Origin: Balanoglossus misakiensis
Taxonomy: Eukaryota; Animalia; Hemichordata
Direction of reading: 5' to 3'
Assembly: GCA_040954595.2 (NCBI GenBank)
Contig: CM082576.2
Location: 8,373,129-8,437,128, forward strand
Length of the DNA stretch: 64,000 nucleotides
Shown: positions 11,999-23,900 of the stretch, piece by piece
Position numbering within the stretch: position 1 is the stretch's first letter
How the letters are laid out: every line of letters starts with the position of its first letter
Notes under the pieces: generated by a model
What the model was told of the DNA's origin: nothing
Database searches by the model: none
The model's input: the letters and a program-made list of their open reading frames with translations, nothing else
Made by a program: the position numbers and the translations under genes

Positions 11999-14900
11999 CT
12001 CCATCTCTTTCTCCATCTCTAGTGAATTATCGATTTGAATTTCTAATTATATTATATTATATTAAAGTCTTGCAAATGATTAACCTACAAATATATAGCA
12101 TCTAACATTTTTCAACTGTCACTATTTTGCTGCATTTTTAATTTCAATTACGTCAGGACTTGGTCGTTTTGCACGGCTTGCAAGGACAGTTACGAGAAGT
12201 CGATCAGTTCTGGTGCAAGTGGCGCAGCATCTACCGAATGTCAAAGCCGAGCCCAACAAGCAATCACAATTATCACAACTTACTCATGTAAGTACATGTA
12301 CACTGCAGACAGACAGATAGACAGACACACAGACAGACAGACAGATACCCTGCCGTCTGTGCCTGTAGCCACCAATGGCAGACAATTACCAAATGGATGA
12401 AAGGTCAATAAACACCAACACCAACACCCTGTCACGACGTTGCAATTGATATTTGACGTTCTTTTCTTCCCCCTTCACACTCGCAGATGATGAACTTGAA
12501 TTCTGAAATCCTACCACAATACAAGCAAGAGGCGCCCAAGACCCCTCCTCACATAATTCTTCACTACTGTACCTTTAAAGCTATCTGGGATTGGGTGATC
12601 CTGGTATTGACTTTCTACACAGCTGTCGCGGTGCCTTTTAACGTTGCCTTTAACACGAAATCAATGGAGGACTATGCCATCATCGTGGTGGACGGAATCG
12701 TCGATATCGTGTTCTTCATAGATGTCATTCTCAATTTTCACACCACGTTCGTGGGGCCCGGGGGTGAGGTTGTCTCCGACCCAAAGATCATTCGCATGAA
12801 TTACTTAAAAACTTGGTTTGTCATCGACCTGCTATCATGTCTGCCTTATGACGTCATCAACGCCTTCAACGACGTCGATGACGTAAGTCCCCTTTCGGGT
12901 TTTTCTCTTATTAATGTCACCTTAATTGGAAGTGGGGGCATCGAACTGAGCAGCATTTCAATAAGCATCATCTAGAGAGGCCGCTTGAATATTTGACATT
13001 TGTTGAGGTGAACCAGATTATTTAGACCGTTTCTGATGACAATTTACAGATTAATTTTAAAACGGATTTTTGATATATTTATAAACATTGAGTGTAATCT
13101 AGTGCTCAATACGGAATATGAAAATCCTCTCCTGTAGCCTCTTTAATTGAAAAAAAAAATATTTTCCTTGCGCAAAGGCTGTTATTCACAAATAAATTCA
13201 GGTGCGAACTTGAATTCAGTTCAACACACAAGGGTTGTGTCAGACTAACGACGAGCCTTTTTTTTGTCTGGTCACTCTGTCAACAGCAAATCAGCAGTTT
13301 GTTCAGTGCTTTAAAGGTGGTGCGGCTGCTGCGACTGGGCCGCGTCGTCCGGAAGTTGGACCACTACATCGAGTACGGGGCGGCGCTGCTCATCCTTCTC
13401 ATGTGCAGCTTCATCATGGTGGCGCACTGGCTAGCCTGCGTCTGGTACAGCATCGGCCAGGGCGAGATGCCCACCGAGATCGGCTGGCTCTACAAGCTGG
13501 GCGAGGACATCAACGCCAGCTACAACATCTCCAACGGCTTCGTGACGACGACGAGCGGGCCCAGCAAGGGCTCGGCCTACGTCACCGCCATCTACTTCAC
13601 CATGAGCAGTCTGACCAGCGTCGGCTTCGGCAACGTGTCGCCCAACACCGACGGGGAGAAGATATTTACCATTGTCATGATGGTGATCGGGTGTAAGTTG
13701 ACATTCGACGATTATTTTCCTGCATGTCACGTATTACTGCAATGTTTGCTCGCTCAATCTCGAGATGTCTATAAATAATTATCCTGCAATGCTTTCTGAT
13801 GTGACCGACAGCCATATAATGCAATAGGTCATGCCCAGTCAACATTGCAATAAGTGGAATCGTTTGACAGTTTTGTCGCGCTAAAAGCTCCAAAAGTAAA
13901 GTGCACTTTGATGTCAGAAAATAACGCATGGCCCATGATGCATTACTTTACACTTGGCCATGGCAAATTCGTGTTTATCTGACGATCTTCATCGGAGCGA
14001 TCAGGGCGCGGGGTTGCAGGTGCCCGAAAAGAGGCCAGCATAAAATGATGCCATTCTCTCTTTCTTCGTTACTGCAGCGTTACTGTACGCCTCCATCTTC
14101 GGTAACGTGACGACGATATTCCAGCAGATGACGTCGAACACGGCACGGTATCACGACATGCTGAGCAGCGTCAGGGAGTTCATGAAACTGCACCAAGTGG
14201 AGAAGGGGCTCGGGGAGCGGGTCATGGACTACGTCGTCTCCTCCTGGTCGATGACAAAGGGCATCGACACAGAAAAGGTAAGATTGGGCTCATTCGATAG
14301 CAGCTGATGTCGGTTGTTTTAAGCACTTCAATCTAGCAGTCATTCACGAGGCATTTTCTAGCGATTCTAGGTCCAGCAATTTTTTTTTGCGTGTGGCTCA
14401 AGCTACGGTGCAGTTTTCTCATCACCAATCTTTGCCATGAAAGTTGCTTTCCAATTATTACTTGTGCACGAAATGAAGACGCGATGAGTTAGTGAAAATT
14501 AAAGAAATCGGTCAAATTTTTGTCGACGGCGGAAACTAGTGCACTTCGTGAGGTTCTTGAATGACATATAAGGTATATACTCAGTGAGTGAGTAAAAACC
14601 ATTTGACTTCGGGTACAGAGAATAAATTGGTCGTCTGCTATTAAAGTAATCTGCTTAAGCATTCATCAAAAGTTTGGAATAAAGTTACCTCGTTATCTCG
14701 TGTTTCCATGTGAACATCAAAGACTGGGTAACAGTATACCTGATTAATACGCGGAATTCATTGACCCCTCCAAATAATACTCTCCCATAGAAACACAGTG
14801 TTGTCATTTAACTCGTGGTATTTAAGCGATAGAAATCATGCTGGCAGTGAAATTACTCTGTTTTCTACTTTTCGCGAGTTTTTTTTTTCTTTTCAATATC

Positions 14901-17008
14901 AAACACTCTTACGGCGAGCATTGTTGCGCTGTGCATCAATTTTAAAGCGCGGGTGAGAGTCTTTTTGTCCCCACTGCTTCAATAATGCGTCTGCTTTTGT
15001 GCCGTGTTTTCAATGTTGACTTCCGTAAGCTCTCAAATGAGTGGATGAATGTCTCAATTCTGATTCATTTCTTCCGTCAAGGTGTTGAGTTACTGCCCGA
15101 AGGACATGAAAGCCGACATCTGCGTTCACCTCAACAGGAAGGTGTTCAACGAGCTGCCCGCCTTCAGACTGGCCAGCGAGGGGTGTCTGCGGGCGCTCGC
15201 CACCAATTTCACCATGAGCCACAGCGCCCCCGGCGACATCTTGTACCACCAGGGGGAGAGTATCGAGACGCTGTGCTTTGTCGTCTCCGGGTCGCTGGAG
15301 GTCATCCAGGACGACGAGGTCGTGGCTATACTGGGTGAGTTCTCAGGGGTTTAGCACTTGTATGCCGCACTAAATAGGCCGTGTCCCTGAAATGTAACAT
15401 TGTGGACAGTAAAACTTCAAAAAGAATCTCTGGCGTAGTAGTGACTGAACAAGTTGTTTCCCGTCTTCTTTACAGTATTACTCAACATAAATTGTTCATT
15501 AAGTATTTTAGTATTCCGCCTCTTTCGAAACTAATCACCTTGACTACCGTGCATTTTATTCCCGGCAGGAAAGGGCGATGTTTTCGGGGACAACTTCTGG
15601 AAAGAGGCGAACCTGGGACAGGCGGCGGCCAACGTCCGAGCGCTGACCTACTGCGACTTGCACAGCATCAAGCGGGAAGACCTCCTCGAAGTTCTGGATT
15701 TTTATTCCAGTTTCGCCCAATCCTTCGCCAGGAACATGGTTCTCACATACAACCTCAGGAACAGGGTAAGGTCACCTGGGTTCCCAGAATTCGAACTGTT
15801 TTATATTCCCTCTACTGGTGGGTAGAACTGACTTCAATGACATCCACGCAGTTAGTAGATATATTTCCATTTTGCATTTCTATTTCCAGTTAATATTCCG
15901 AAAAATTGCTGACGTCAAGCGAGAGCAAGAGGAAGCGGAGAAGCGGAAGAACGACCCGCCGATTCCTGCCGACCACCCAGTCAGGAAGCTAATGTCGCGG
16001 TTTCGCAAACTGAGCGATGTGCCGGAGAAGCGCCAAGGGTCGGCGACGCGACGGGAGGGGGAGAAGCCCGACGAGGCGAACGAGAGCGGGCCCCCGCGTC
16101 CGCGGTCCAAGCAGAAGGCGACGTACACCCCGAGGTTGATCAAAGTGACGGAGTCCAATCAGGGCGAGGAGCTGGAATCCAGTCGCCGCAGGGAAATCGC
16201 CGTGCCGCTCATGACAAAACTTACGGCTGCCAAGTCGGAACCCAGGATCGACCAGCCGCAAAAGGAATCCAGGTGGCCTTTCAAGCGGTCGAATTTGAAA
16301 AAGGCGGAGTCGACGGACAGCGGCATTATTAAAAGTGAGCAAAAATTGGACGAGATCGGGCACGAGGACGGCCGGGACGGGCAGAGGCGCCGCGGTAGTG
16401 CGCACAACAGCACCGCCCCGGATCAGCAGTTGATAGCGAGTCTGCTGGAAATCAAAGTCGAACTCAAGGAAGAAATTGAGTCACTGAACGGGAAAATGAG
16501 CAGATTGGACGGTCAGATTGCCGACATGATTAAGCTCCTGTCGCCTATGTCGACGCCTAATTTACCAGCGGGAAGGAACTCTCGGCTAAACAAAGACAGT
16601 CACAGCAACACCGGCTCGCCGCGAACGTCGAACCCGTCGTCGCCGCAACGGGGCGCCGTCGTGGCGGGACACCAACAAGAAGCGGCGAGCTCGGCCTCGT
16701 CGGGAATCAGTTCGGGGACCTCGAGCACCGACGACTCTCACAAGACGCCCGCTACGAGAACCTCCAGCGGCACCAGCCGTACCTCGACCACCTCACACGG
16801 CTCGAGGGGCTCCAGACACTCGGCGGGGGGCCGGCGGAGCGCCTCGCCGCACACGTCGTCACCGTCGTCGTCGTCCTCTTCGGAACCGACGCCGGTGGAA
16901 ACTGTGGACAATTCCAATATAATCCAACTCATGGAGACCGAGATAACTGAACAGGGGGCTTCGGACATTGAGTCTCCGCCGAACGATAACAGCGTGCCAC
17001 AATTCTGA
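8540..17008 (+). CDS. eag: Ether-a-go-go (Kv10/KCNH1-KCNH5 subfamily) voltage-gated K+ channel, 5'-partial; join(8540..8770,9834..9962,12157..12287,12487..12882,13287..13692,14078..14277,15082..15334,15569..15765,15890..17008)
   Basis: Exons join in one frame via AG/GT sites (3062 nt, about 1020 aa). The product has PAS/PAC, S1-S6 with S4 [15 protein letters not shown], a GFGN filter, C-linker/CNBHD with the YNL intrinsic ligand, and a C-terminal coiled coil. The N-terminal PAS-cap exon was not found in the window. Confidence 0.97.
9834..9962 (+). CDS. eag: eag exon, PAC region ([43 protein letters not shown])
   Basis: ttttttcccccag acceptor and g|gtatgt donor; phase 1-1; 129 nt. Confidence 0.96.
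11928..12020. repeat. CT-rich polypyrimidine/(CT)n tract
   Basis: Direct inspection. Confidence 0.9.
12157..12287 (+). CDS. eag: eag exon, post-PAS linker with N-terminal calmodulin-binding-like helix ([21 protein letters not shown]...LTH)
   Basis: cgtcag acceptor and cat|gtaagt donor; matches the EAG FARL motif; absent from the ORF track. Confidence 0.93.
12306..12347. repeat. (CAGA)n microsatellite in an eag intron, imperfect
   Basis: Direct inspection. Confidence 0.85.
12487..12882 (+). CDS. eag: eag exon, S1-S3 ([20 protein letters not shown]...[18 protein letters not shown])
   Basis: tcgcag acceptor and gac|gtaagt donor; 132 codons; hallmark EAG sequence. Confidence 0.97.
13287..13692 (+). 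CDS. eag: eag exon, S4-S5-pore-S6 ([12 protein letters not shown])
   Basis: caacag acceptor and t|gtaagt donor; GFGN filter at 13623-13634; N-glycosylation sequons NAS and NIS in the turret. Confidence 0.97.
14078..14277 (+). CDS. eag: eag exon, end of S6 and C-linker ([18 protein letters not shown]...GIDTEK)
   Basis: ctgcag acceptor and aag|gtaaga donor; 200 nt. Confidence 0.97.
15082..15334 (+). CDS. eag: eag exon, C-linker/CNBHD ([18 protein letters not shown]...DDEVVAIL)
   Basis: aag acceptor and g|gtgagt donor; 253 nt. Confidence 0.97.
15569..15765 (+). CDS. eag: eag exon, CNBHD ([13 protein letters not shown]...[10 protein letters not shown]...TYNLRNR)
   Basis: ggcag acceptor and agg|gtaagg donor; YNL intrinsic-ligand motif at 15748-15756. 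Confidence 0.97.
15890..17008 (+). CDS. eag: eag last coding exon: CaM-binding-like segments, coiled-coil assembly domain, Ser/Thr-rich tail
   Basis: ttccag acceptor; [36 protein letters not shown] and [23 protein letters not shown] match the KCNH1 C-terminus; stop TGA at 17006-17008. Confidence 0.95.
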   Translation, partial: LIFRKIADVKREQEEAEKRKNDPPIPADHPVRKLMSRFRKLSDVPEKRQGSATRREGEKPDEANESGPPRPRSKQKATYTPRLIKVTESNQGEELESSRRREIAVPLMTKLTAAKSEPRIDQPQKESRWPFKRSNLKKAESTDSGIIKSEQKLDEIGHEDGRDGQRRRGSAHNSTAPDQQLIASLLEIKVELKEEIESLNGKMSRLDGQIADMIKLLSPMSTPNLPAGRNSRLNKDSHSNTGSPRTSNPSSPQRGAVVAGHQQEAASSASSGISSGTSSTDDSHKTPATRTSSGTSRTSTTSHGSRGSRHSAGGRRSASPHTSSPSSSSSSEPTPVETVDNSNIIQLMETEITEQGASDIESPPNDNSVPQF

Positions 17009-18538
17009 GAGACAACCTAAATCATGAATTTTGTCATGCAGATTGTCATCAAACCAAAAAAATGAAAACATCTTTCAAATTTTATTCTTCATCTATGAGA
17101 TGAAATAACTGACACATACGCTCACACCTTAAAAACTTTTTACGCTTCGAGAGAAATCTTTATAAAGTACTGTATTATGTGTGTAGATCTAGCTGTAACG
17201 GCTCGTATACTTCACATGGCAATAAGTCATATAATAATCGTCGATTGTGAATACTGTGGATAAGATTGTATATCTTTTTTTGAAAATTACATTTATTTCT
17301 GCAAATCATACCAAAGTTTAAAATGATAAAAAAAGTGTTTACAGTAGTTATCAGGCTATGCAGACGACGTCATTGAACAAACGTGTGCCTGACACACAAC
17401 CTATGATGGAATGATGACCACAATTTCTCAATGTGGATTCAGACGATAAAGGCTGACACAAAGCTAAAGTTTAACACATTACGAAATTATCGATATTTTT
17501 CATCGAAATTAGAGTTTTTTGCCTTTATATACACTACTCCGTTCACTCTTCTCGAGTCGTGTACACCGACTAACTCAAGTTAGACCCGATAAAATACCAT
17601 GCTCATTTTTTTAGGTCTAGACGATTCGCTTTCCTAACAATACTTTCAATTTGTATCTTACATTTCTTCTAAAGAATCCGTCATCATTTCACGGAGTCCA
17701 ACGACGATTATGTTCGTATATACCCCTGAAGTCCGAGTCGACACACGAATGCAGAGGGAAGGCTTCGTGGGTGTGGTTAAGCCGTCAGGTGACTGTCATG
17801 TGAAGAGCGATTATGCAAATGAGAGTGCGCACTTCTTTTCAGCGTTTCTAACTTCGATAGTTTTTAAATATTTACACGTTTTACGAATCGTAATCGATAT
17901 TTGTTGTTTCTTATTGTATATAATATATATGTATATATTTGTCGTTGCATTAATTTTTATTTTTTGGATTGCGCCGTTGTTCACAACAGTGCAAAATTTC
18001 TCACCGCTACAATTACAATGTCGGATTTTACGACCTGAGTAACCGCGTTATGGTCGGTTTGTCTATGAATGAATAAATTTTGGCCGATTCACTCTTCAAC
18101 CAAAACACAATCCATCTGTCAAAAGTAGTAACAAGTCTTTTGTCGTGTTTCTCTTGTATTCATTCCAACGGATGGGAGGGGCGGCGGCTGTGCGTGTCTA
18201 TCGTTTGCAGCACACGTCACACTCCTCCGCCATTTTGCCTCCTGCGAACGAGGCCGTTGCTCAGGACTGATGAGCCACGTCTTCAGACCTCGCACCTTTT
18301 TTGAAATCGTTGCGTACAAACACAAATTCTTCAGTCTAGTCTCAAAGAGAAAACACCGATCTCCGCAGCACAAAATCAAAGTGGACAATAGAAGGGATTA
18401 CCTTTGTTTACCGAAAGAATGACAAGCGAAATTAAAAAAATTGGAGATCGATCGGGTGTCGTCTCCATGACGACGACTGCGTCACATCGCCATCTCACTT
18501 CATCTTCATCTCAGCATGTGGTGTTCAAGCAATTTGTA

Positions 18539-18600
18539 AATAAAGCTCTTTCGCATCAATATTCTGTCTACGTCACATTTTCTTTGTTCGGGGTGTCCCG
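18539..18600 (+). terminator. Candidate eag polyadenylation signal
   Basis: AATAAA at 18539-18544 with a downstream U/GU-rich tract; alternatives at 18072, 18855 and 19463. Confidence 0.35.
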
Positions 18601-20258
18601 AGAGGGAAAGTCAGGGGCCCCAGACGATTAGCTCCCTCCCCCACGAACCCGGGATCAGCATCCTGATGACAAATTTATAAGTCAATTATTTTTAGTTATT
18701 TTAGTCACAAGGTGACATTTGGCGTCATTATGACTTTGAAGACGAGTGTGTTATTCTGACCTTGTCACGGATAGTTGGTGATTAATACCATTCCAAACAG
18801 ATCATGGATTTTGGGGGACTCAAGAGGGCGTGACATCAGGCATGGTCATCGGCGAATAAATGTTTTTTTTTTCTAATTGCACGTGATTTCGCAATTATCC
18901 TCTATAATGATGCGCTTTCTTTCTCATCCGGATAATCGTTTTTATGTATTAATTCCCTCGACCCCCTCGCAAGAATGCCATTGTCACTTAATATGTTAAT
19001 CACAGGCGGCGTAGTAACCGACAAGCATCCAACCCATGATGAAGTCCTCGAAATTTTTGCCTTCACAATATTTGGAGGAAGGAAAAAACTGGTCTATTCA
19101 ACAACTCTATTTAATGCACATTTCATATCATATCATATATCTCATACCATACCGTAGGGTAGTACCATACGATGCCATATACCTTAACTCAAGTATCTAG
19201 GCAGACATTATTTTACACTTCGCCTTCTTTTGTGTCATTTCTTTGAAAGTAACAAAAATATTTTAAACATATATTTGACGTTAAAAAATAAAGAAGTTGC
19301 ACACTGGTACCAACACCACAATATGGACGAATTATTCTACGTATTTGATGGGAAAGTTCAGGGGCTGGGCTCTCATCATTTTTTAGAGAGAGGCAGGCAG
19401 GCGCACGGACGGACGAAGAATAATTGTAATCACAAAATAGATTATATGTCTGTCGACGTTTTAATAAAGGGATCTCGCTCATATCTATAAATGCTAAAAC
19501 TACAGACTGCCTGGCATTGAATAATTATGTTACAAAACTTCAAACATAACTTCTGGATAAAGGTGTGATCCACCAAAACTCATTTCCGGCTTCCAACTCC
19601 AAAGTATTTTGTCGTGATAAAGACACAATGCGTGTGAACACAACTGAAGCACGATTTAGTCATATTTTGCAACGAAAGTGCCGATCATTTTGATCTGAGG
19701 CGTCCGTATGCGCGAATGTCCAGCGGGGTTTTGATACGTTGGCAGGTAGCGGAGCAACACCGCACCAAAAAAGCGCCATTGCAGTATTTAGTGCTTTGGG
19801 CTGCGCGACAAAAGCCTGGAAAGTAATACGTTGTAGAGCTCCATTACCATAGTTACAGCCCGTTTTGGCATAAGAAGCCTCAAGGCGAGAAAAAAACAGA
19901 TAGGACGATTTACACGACGCCTTCCTGACTGGCACAGCATCACCTGGTGTGGTGTAAACACCGCTCTCATGGCAGACAGAAAATTAAACTGTTTACCTGT
20001 TGCACCGCCTTGTGAGAGAATGCCCATGGCAACCTCCAGGAGAGAATGGTCGCTTGGGCAGATGACTGATGCATATTATTTTCTATGAGGCCTGTTTTTT
20101 CATATCTGTTCATTAGGTGACTTTGTTGCATGCCACCAACCATAGACAGTCTATGTGCCAACGAATTCGGAATGATTGGCTAAATTGCCAGCTATTACTT
20201 CGGCGTGTAAGCAATAATCAAATTAATCGAACAGAAATTGGTGCATAATTTTGTTGTG

Positions 20259-20329
20259 GTCTGCTTTCTGATTTACACATTTGTTCAAGGAGTTATGATG
20301 TGAACAAATGTGTAAATCAGAAAGCAGAC
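20259..20329. repeat. Perfect 29-bp inverted repeat with 13-nt loop
   Basis: gtctgctttctgatttacacatttgttca (20259-20287) is the exact reverse complement of 20301-20329. Confidence 0.95.
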
Positions 20330-20819
20330 GGCAAAAAGGGCAACTTCAGGTTTGGCATAAAACAGTGACGAGGGTATATCATCCACAAGACACATACAGC
20401 GTCTCAGGCGATCTGTACACTGTGAAGTTTCTGAATATATATGGGTGAAGACATTCAATACCTGATAGCAGTCATTAGTTTAAAAACTAATCTGACACAA
20501 CAAAACACAAAGACACAAATCACACAATGTGCTGTCTTCTGACAACACAAAACATTAAGTTGCTCCACTTGAAGATGAATGGCTGAAATGTATTTTCCAC
20601 TATACACCACTTGGGTTGTTTACAACTTCCATTTTCCATCAAGGCTGAGACGGAAAATCCTAGATGATGTTGCAACACCCATTCATTATCCCGGTTTGCA
20701 TGAAGATATTTCCAGGAATAATTACAGCATTGGAGGAGGGGGGATCTGTAGACGCGGTTGTCATAGCGAAGGATCCTCCTCCACAAAAAACATTGCATCC
20801 ATCTAATTCCACAGATTGC

Positions 20820-20917
20820 CTATTTCTGCTCTGTGGATAATTTCTCTTTCAGGCAGGACACCAGCATCGTGCTGCAGTACAGAGACATGATGACGTAAAT
20901 GGTGGTGTTCGGCCAAC
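20820..20917 (-). CDS. HHAT: HHAT last coding exon ([32 protein letters not shown])
   Basis: GCTTTCAG acceptor; GWP...LYC matches the HHAT C-terminal helix; TAG at 20820-20822. Confidence 0.9.
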
Positions 20918-23900
20918 CTGAAAGCACAAAATGTAATAACAGTTAGAAGGACGGCGATGGCACATGATGACCGATTATCAACAAAAAGGGTGAATGATGA
21001 AAATTTCCACATATTGTTTTCGCATCAGCACTGTCGCATTGTTAGCGTCCATTAGCTCCCAAAACCTGAACTAAAGCTTTCTCAAGAAGGGATTTTCCGA
21101 TGATACCCAAGCTGGCGATGAAGATTCTGAAGTTATCAAAAACTTCAATTTCATTTGTAGAAGCTTCAAACCCAATTTCTAGCGTACTAAAAAAGGATAA
21201 ACAGGAGTAAGCTTGCAGCATTAGAAAGACTCATTATGACGACAACAAACCAAGACCACACTTGCGCGCCAGGAGAAACCTGCTTTAAGGCTCCAGCTTA
21301 GGGTGGTTTTGAATATGGATAAAGGGTGCATTAGGTGTATAGACAGATCATGCAACCTGCACATGCCTGCATTATACAGGGTCATTTTTTACTGTCTATG
21401 CTGGAAGCCAGGTATTTATGTTTGTTTGTATGCATAGGTCTAATAAATGCTAGTGGTAAGTTGTACGTTAAGTTTCTTGCTCACGTAGAAATGAGTTAAC
21501 TGTAACATTTGGCCTTTTTTCATAATTTTCTGTTCTGAGTATCAAGGAGTGTGTCTTAGTGACACACATTTGCATGCCCCAAAGTGAAAGTCTGTGGTTG
21601 ATAATGACTATATGTCAACTACTCACCATTGAGGAACAGTGTGCTGAAGTAGACGTAGCCGATTTTAATTCCCCCGAGGAACACTAAGTTGGAGATAATT
21701 AGCATCACGAAGGAAGGCATCATCAAGAGAATGCCGAGCCGATGGACGATGAAGCCAGGAAGTTTTTGCTTGATGTTCACTGCAGCGGACGACTGTGTGA
21801 ACAGATCCACCAGAGTTTCCCAGCTGACACCAGCCCAGTTCATCAGACACCACACGTACAGGTAGTCCTCCCCGCCGTGCCAATACGCAACGTACGCGAA
21901 ACATGCCAACGAGGCAAAAAGTCGCCGCAAAAGCCCGTGTTTCGACCCACCGAGAGGAATGTATATGTATCTGAGAAAAACAGTGACAACAACAAAGTGT
22001 GGAACACTTTTTACAACATTACCCCAATGGCTTTTCTAAAAACATAACTAATCCATAAATTATCATGATACATTTTTTCTCAATCTCCCTGTATATAAAG
22101 GGTTCTGGAGTTTAATATCAGCACTGTTGATGAAGTTTATTGAATCTGTTGAAACGAAACATCATTCAAAGTGGCTAATTTTCTTTCCAATTTGTTAAAA
22201 CCTCCCGAGAGGGATAGCACACGGAATGAACTTTTCCGCTGAACTTTTTCTGTTCACGTAATTCCCACTGCTGGGTTAACGTACTTCTCTGCTGTACAGC
22301 CCTAAAGTACAGCTTTATAGGCAAAGTGCACTTAATGTACACGTCTGCAAAAGTACACGCCGCTCAGAGTTTTACCTCTTTTACACAGAACTCCTGTCTT
22401 TCTGCAGAACAGGCTCACCTTGAGTACCACCTGTTGTCATGGTAACATGACTCATTTCTGCGCACTCTCCCACAGTCTCACTGGGTCGACGATACCGGGA
22501 TAACACACTGAAATTCGAATGAGGTAGGCGTATACTAAATCACCAAGTAGCTGATACTTACCTTGACAGCCACGAGTGCAGCCCTCTGTCAAAATACCTG
22601 AAGAAAATCAATGGAACAAACACAAACGGTGTGAGTGAGTGTGTGCACAGTGAACCTTCTCAAGCCTGCGTGGGCTTTTCCTTTGTCCGAGCCACTTGCA
22701 CTAATTTGTCGATTATGCATTCCACAGTATTCAGACACTCGGATGAAAACATTAAAACACCCGTCTAATTTACACGTTCTGATTTTTATCAGCAAATGCA
22801 ATTAACTCAGACTGAAGATTCTGTAATCCTCATATTCTGATTCTGGTGTCGTCCTCTATTAGCGAAGACCGTTCTCGGGGGACTACTAGCTGTTTATCAT
22901 CATGTGGACACGGCGATTAAGAATTCCTCTTAATTTATTCACAAAATTTTTCAATGTGGTTACAACATCCAAGGGGAGAAACACAAAATCTAAAACAAAA
23001 CAACGATTGCCCCATTAATAAGAAGACACACATCCGCACAAAACAGACCAGAGAGAACTCTTACCTCCACATGTCTTTGAACGTGTAGAGTACGCTGACA
23101 CAAGCTGGCTCTCGGGGAGTCGTGACGTGATCGAACAAGGCTATGGTGCGGGGTACTCCAAACATAACCACATATTTGACCTGAAAGAACTGGACTTGGC
23201 AGTATCCTATGCCAGCTACACAAACACAGAATATGAAACATGGTTATATTCTTCATACGACTGGAAAAACTTCAGATAATCCAATGTACAAAATCTGACA
23301 TGTCCTCTGTATAAATATCATACTGACTCACCAATTGACCAAGTCGGGAGGTATTTGAAAATGTAATATGTGCGCTGAAGAGCTGCAAAGTACATGACGT
23401 GTAACCAGACTTCGATGAAAACCATCCAAAACATCAACGCTGCGGATCTTTTCAATATGTACAGTAACTCAGATCTGGAAAGTCTTCTTGGTCTCTCATT
23501 GATCTGAGAAAGAACGAGAGCGATTCCTTTTTTATTTTATAATATTCACATTTCTCACATTATATGAGGACTGAGAAAAAATGGCAACAAATTGTATCAA
23601 ATACTTTGTGGTCAGAATGTCTTTTTTCACGTATATTTCAGAAATTAACCACGGTCACTCAAGTGGTAAAAATATGCCATAATGCACAGTGAATACATGA
23701 CAACAAAAGTGACATCATAGTTAGGGGGTTGGAGAAATAACTCTAATAAAAGATGTTTAAAATAAAACTTGTTTTCTTGTAATTATGTCATTTTATCAAA
23801 CCATACCTACATGTAAGACGGTACAATGTAATTACCCCATTCTGTACCCCTGTTGTTAAACTAATGAACTAGATTCTAATCTGGATAAAAATTCATAGTT

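Noticed and set aside
12883-12975. Read-through past the eag S3 exon donor, resembling the long KCNH1 isoform insertion
   Set aside because: The frame hits TAG at 12973 and no good in-frame downstream donor exists.
15880-16968. Antisense and alternate-frame ORFs over eag exons (similar ones lie over gsc exons at 43373-43848 and 47635-47860)
   Set aside because: Shadow ORFs caused by GC-rich codon usage of the real exons.
21179-21280. Alternative hydrophobic last exon for HHAT after AAGCAG
   Set aside because: No polypyrimidine tract and no HHAT similarity; the exon at 20820-20917 fits much better.
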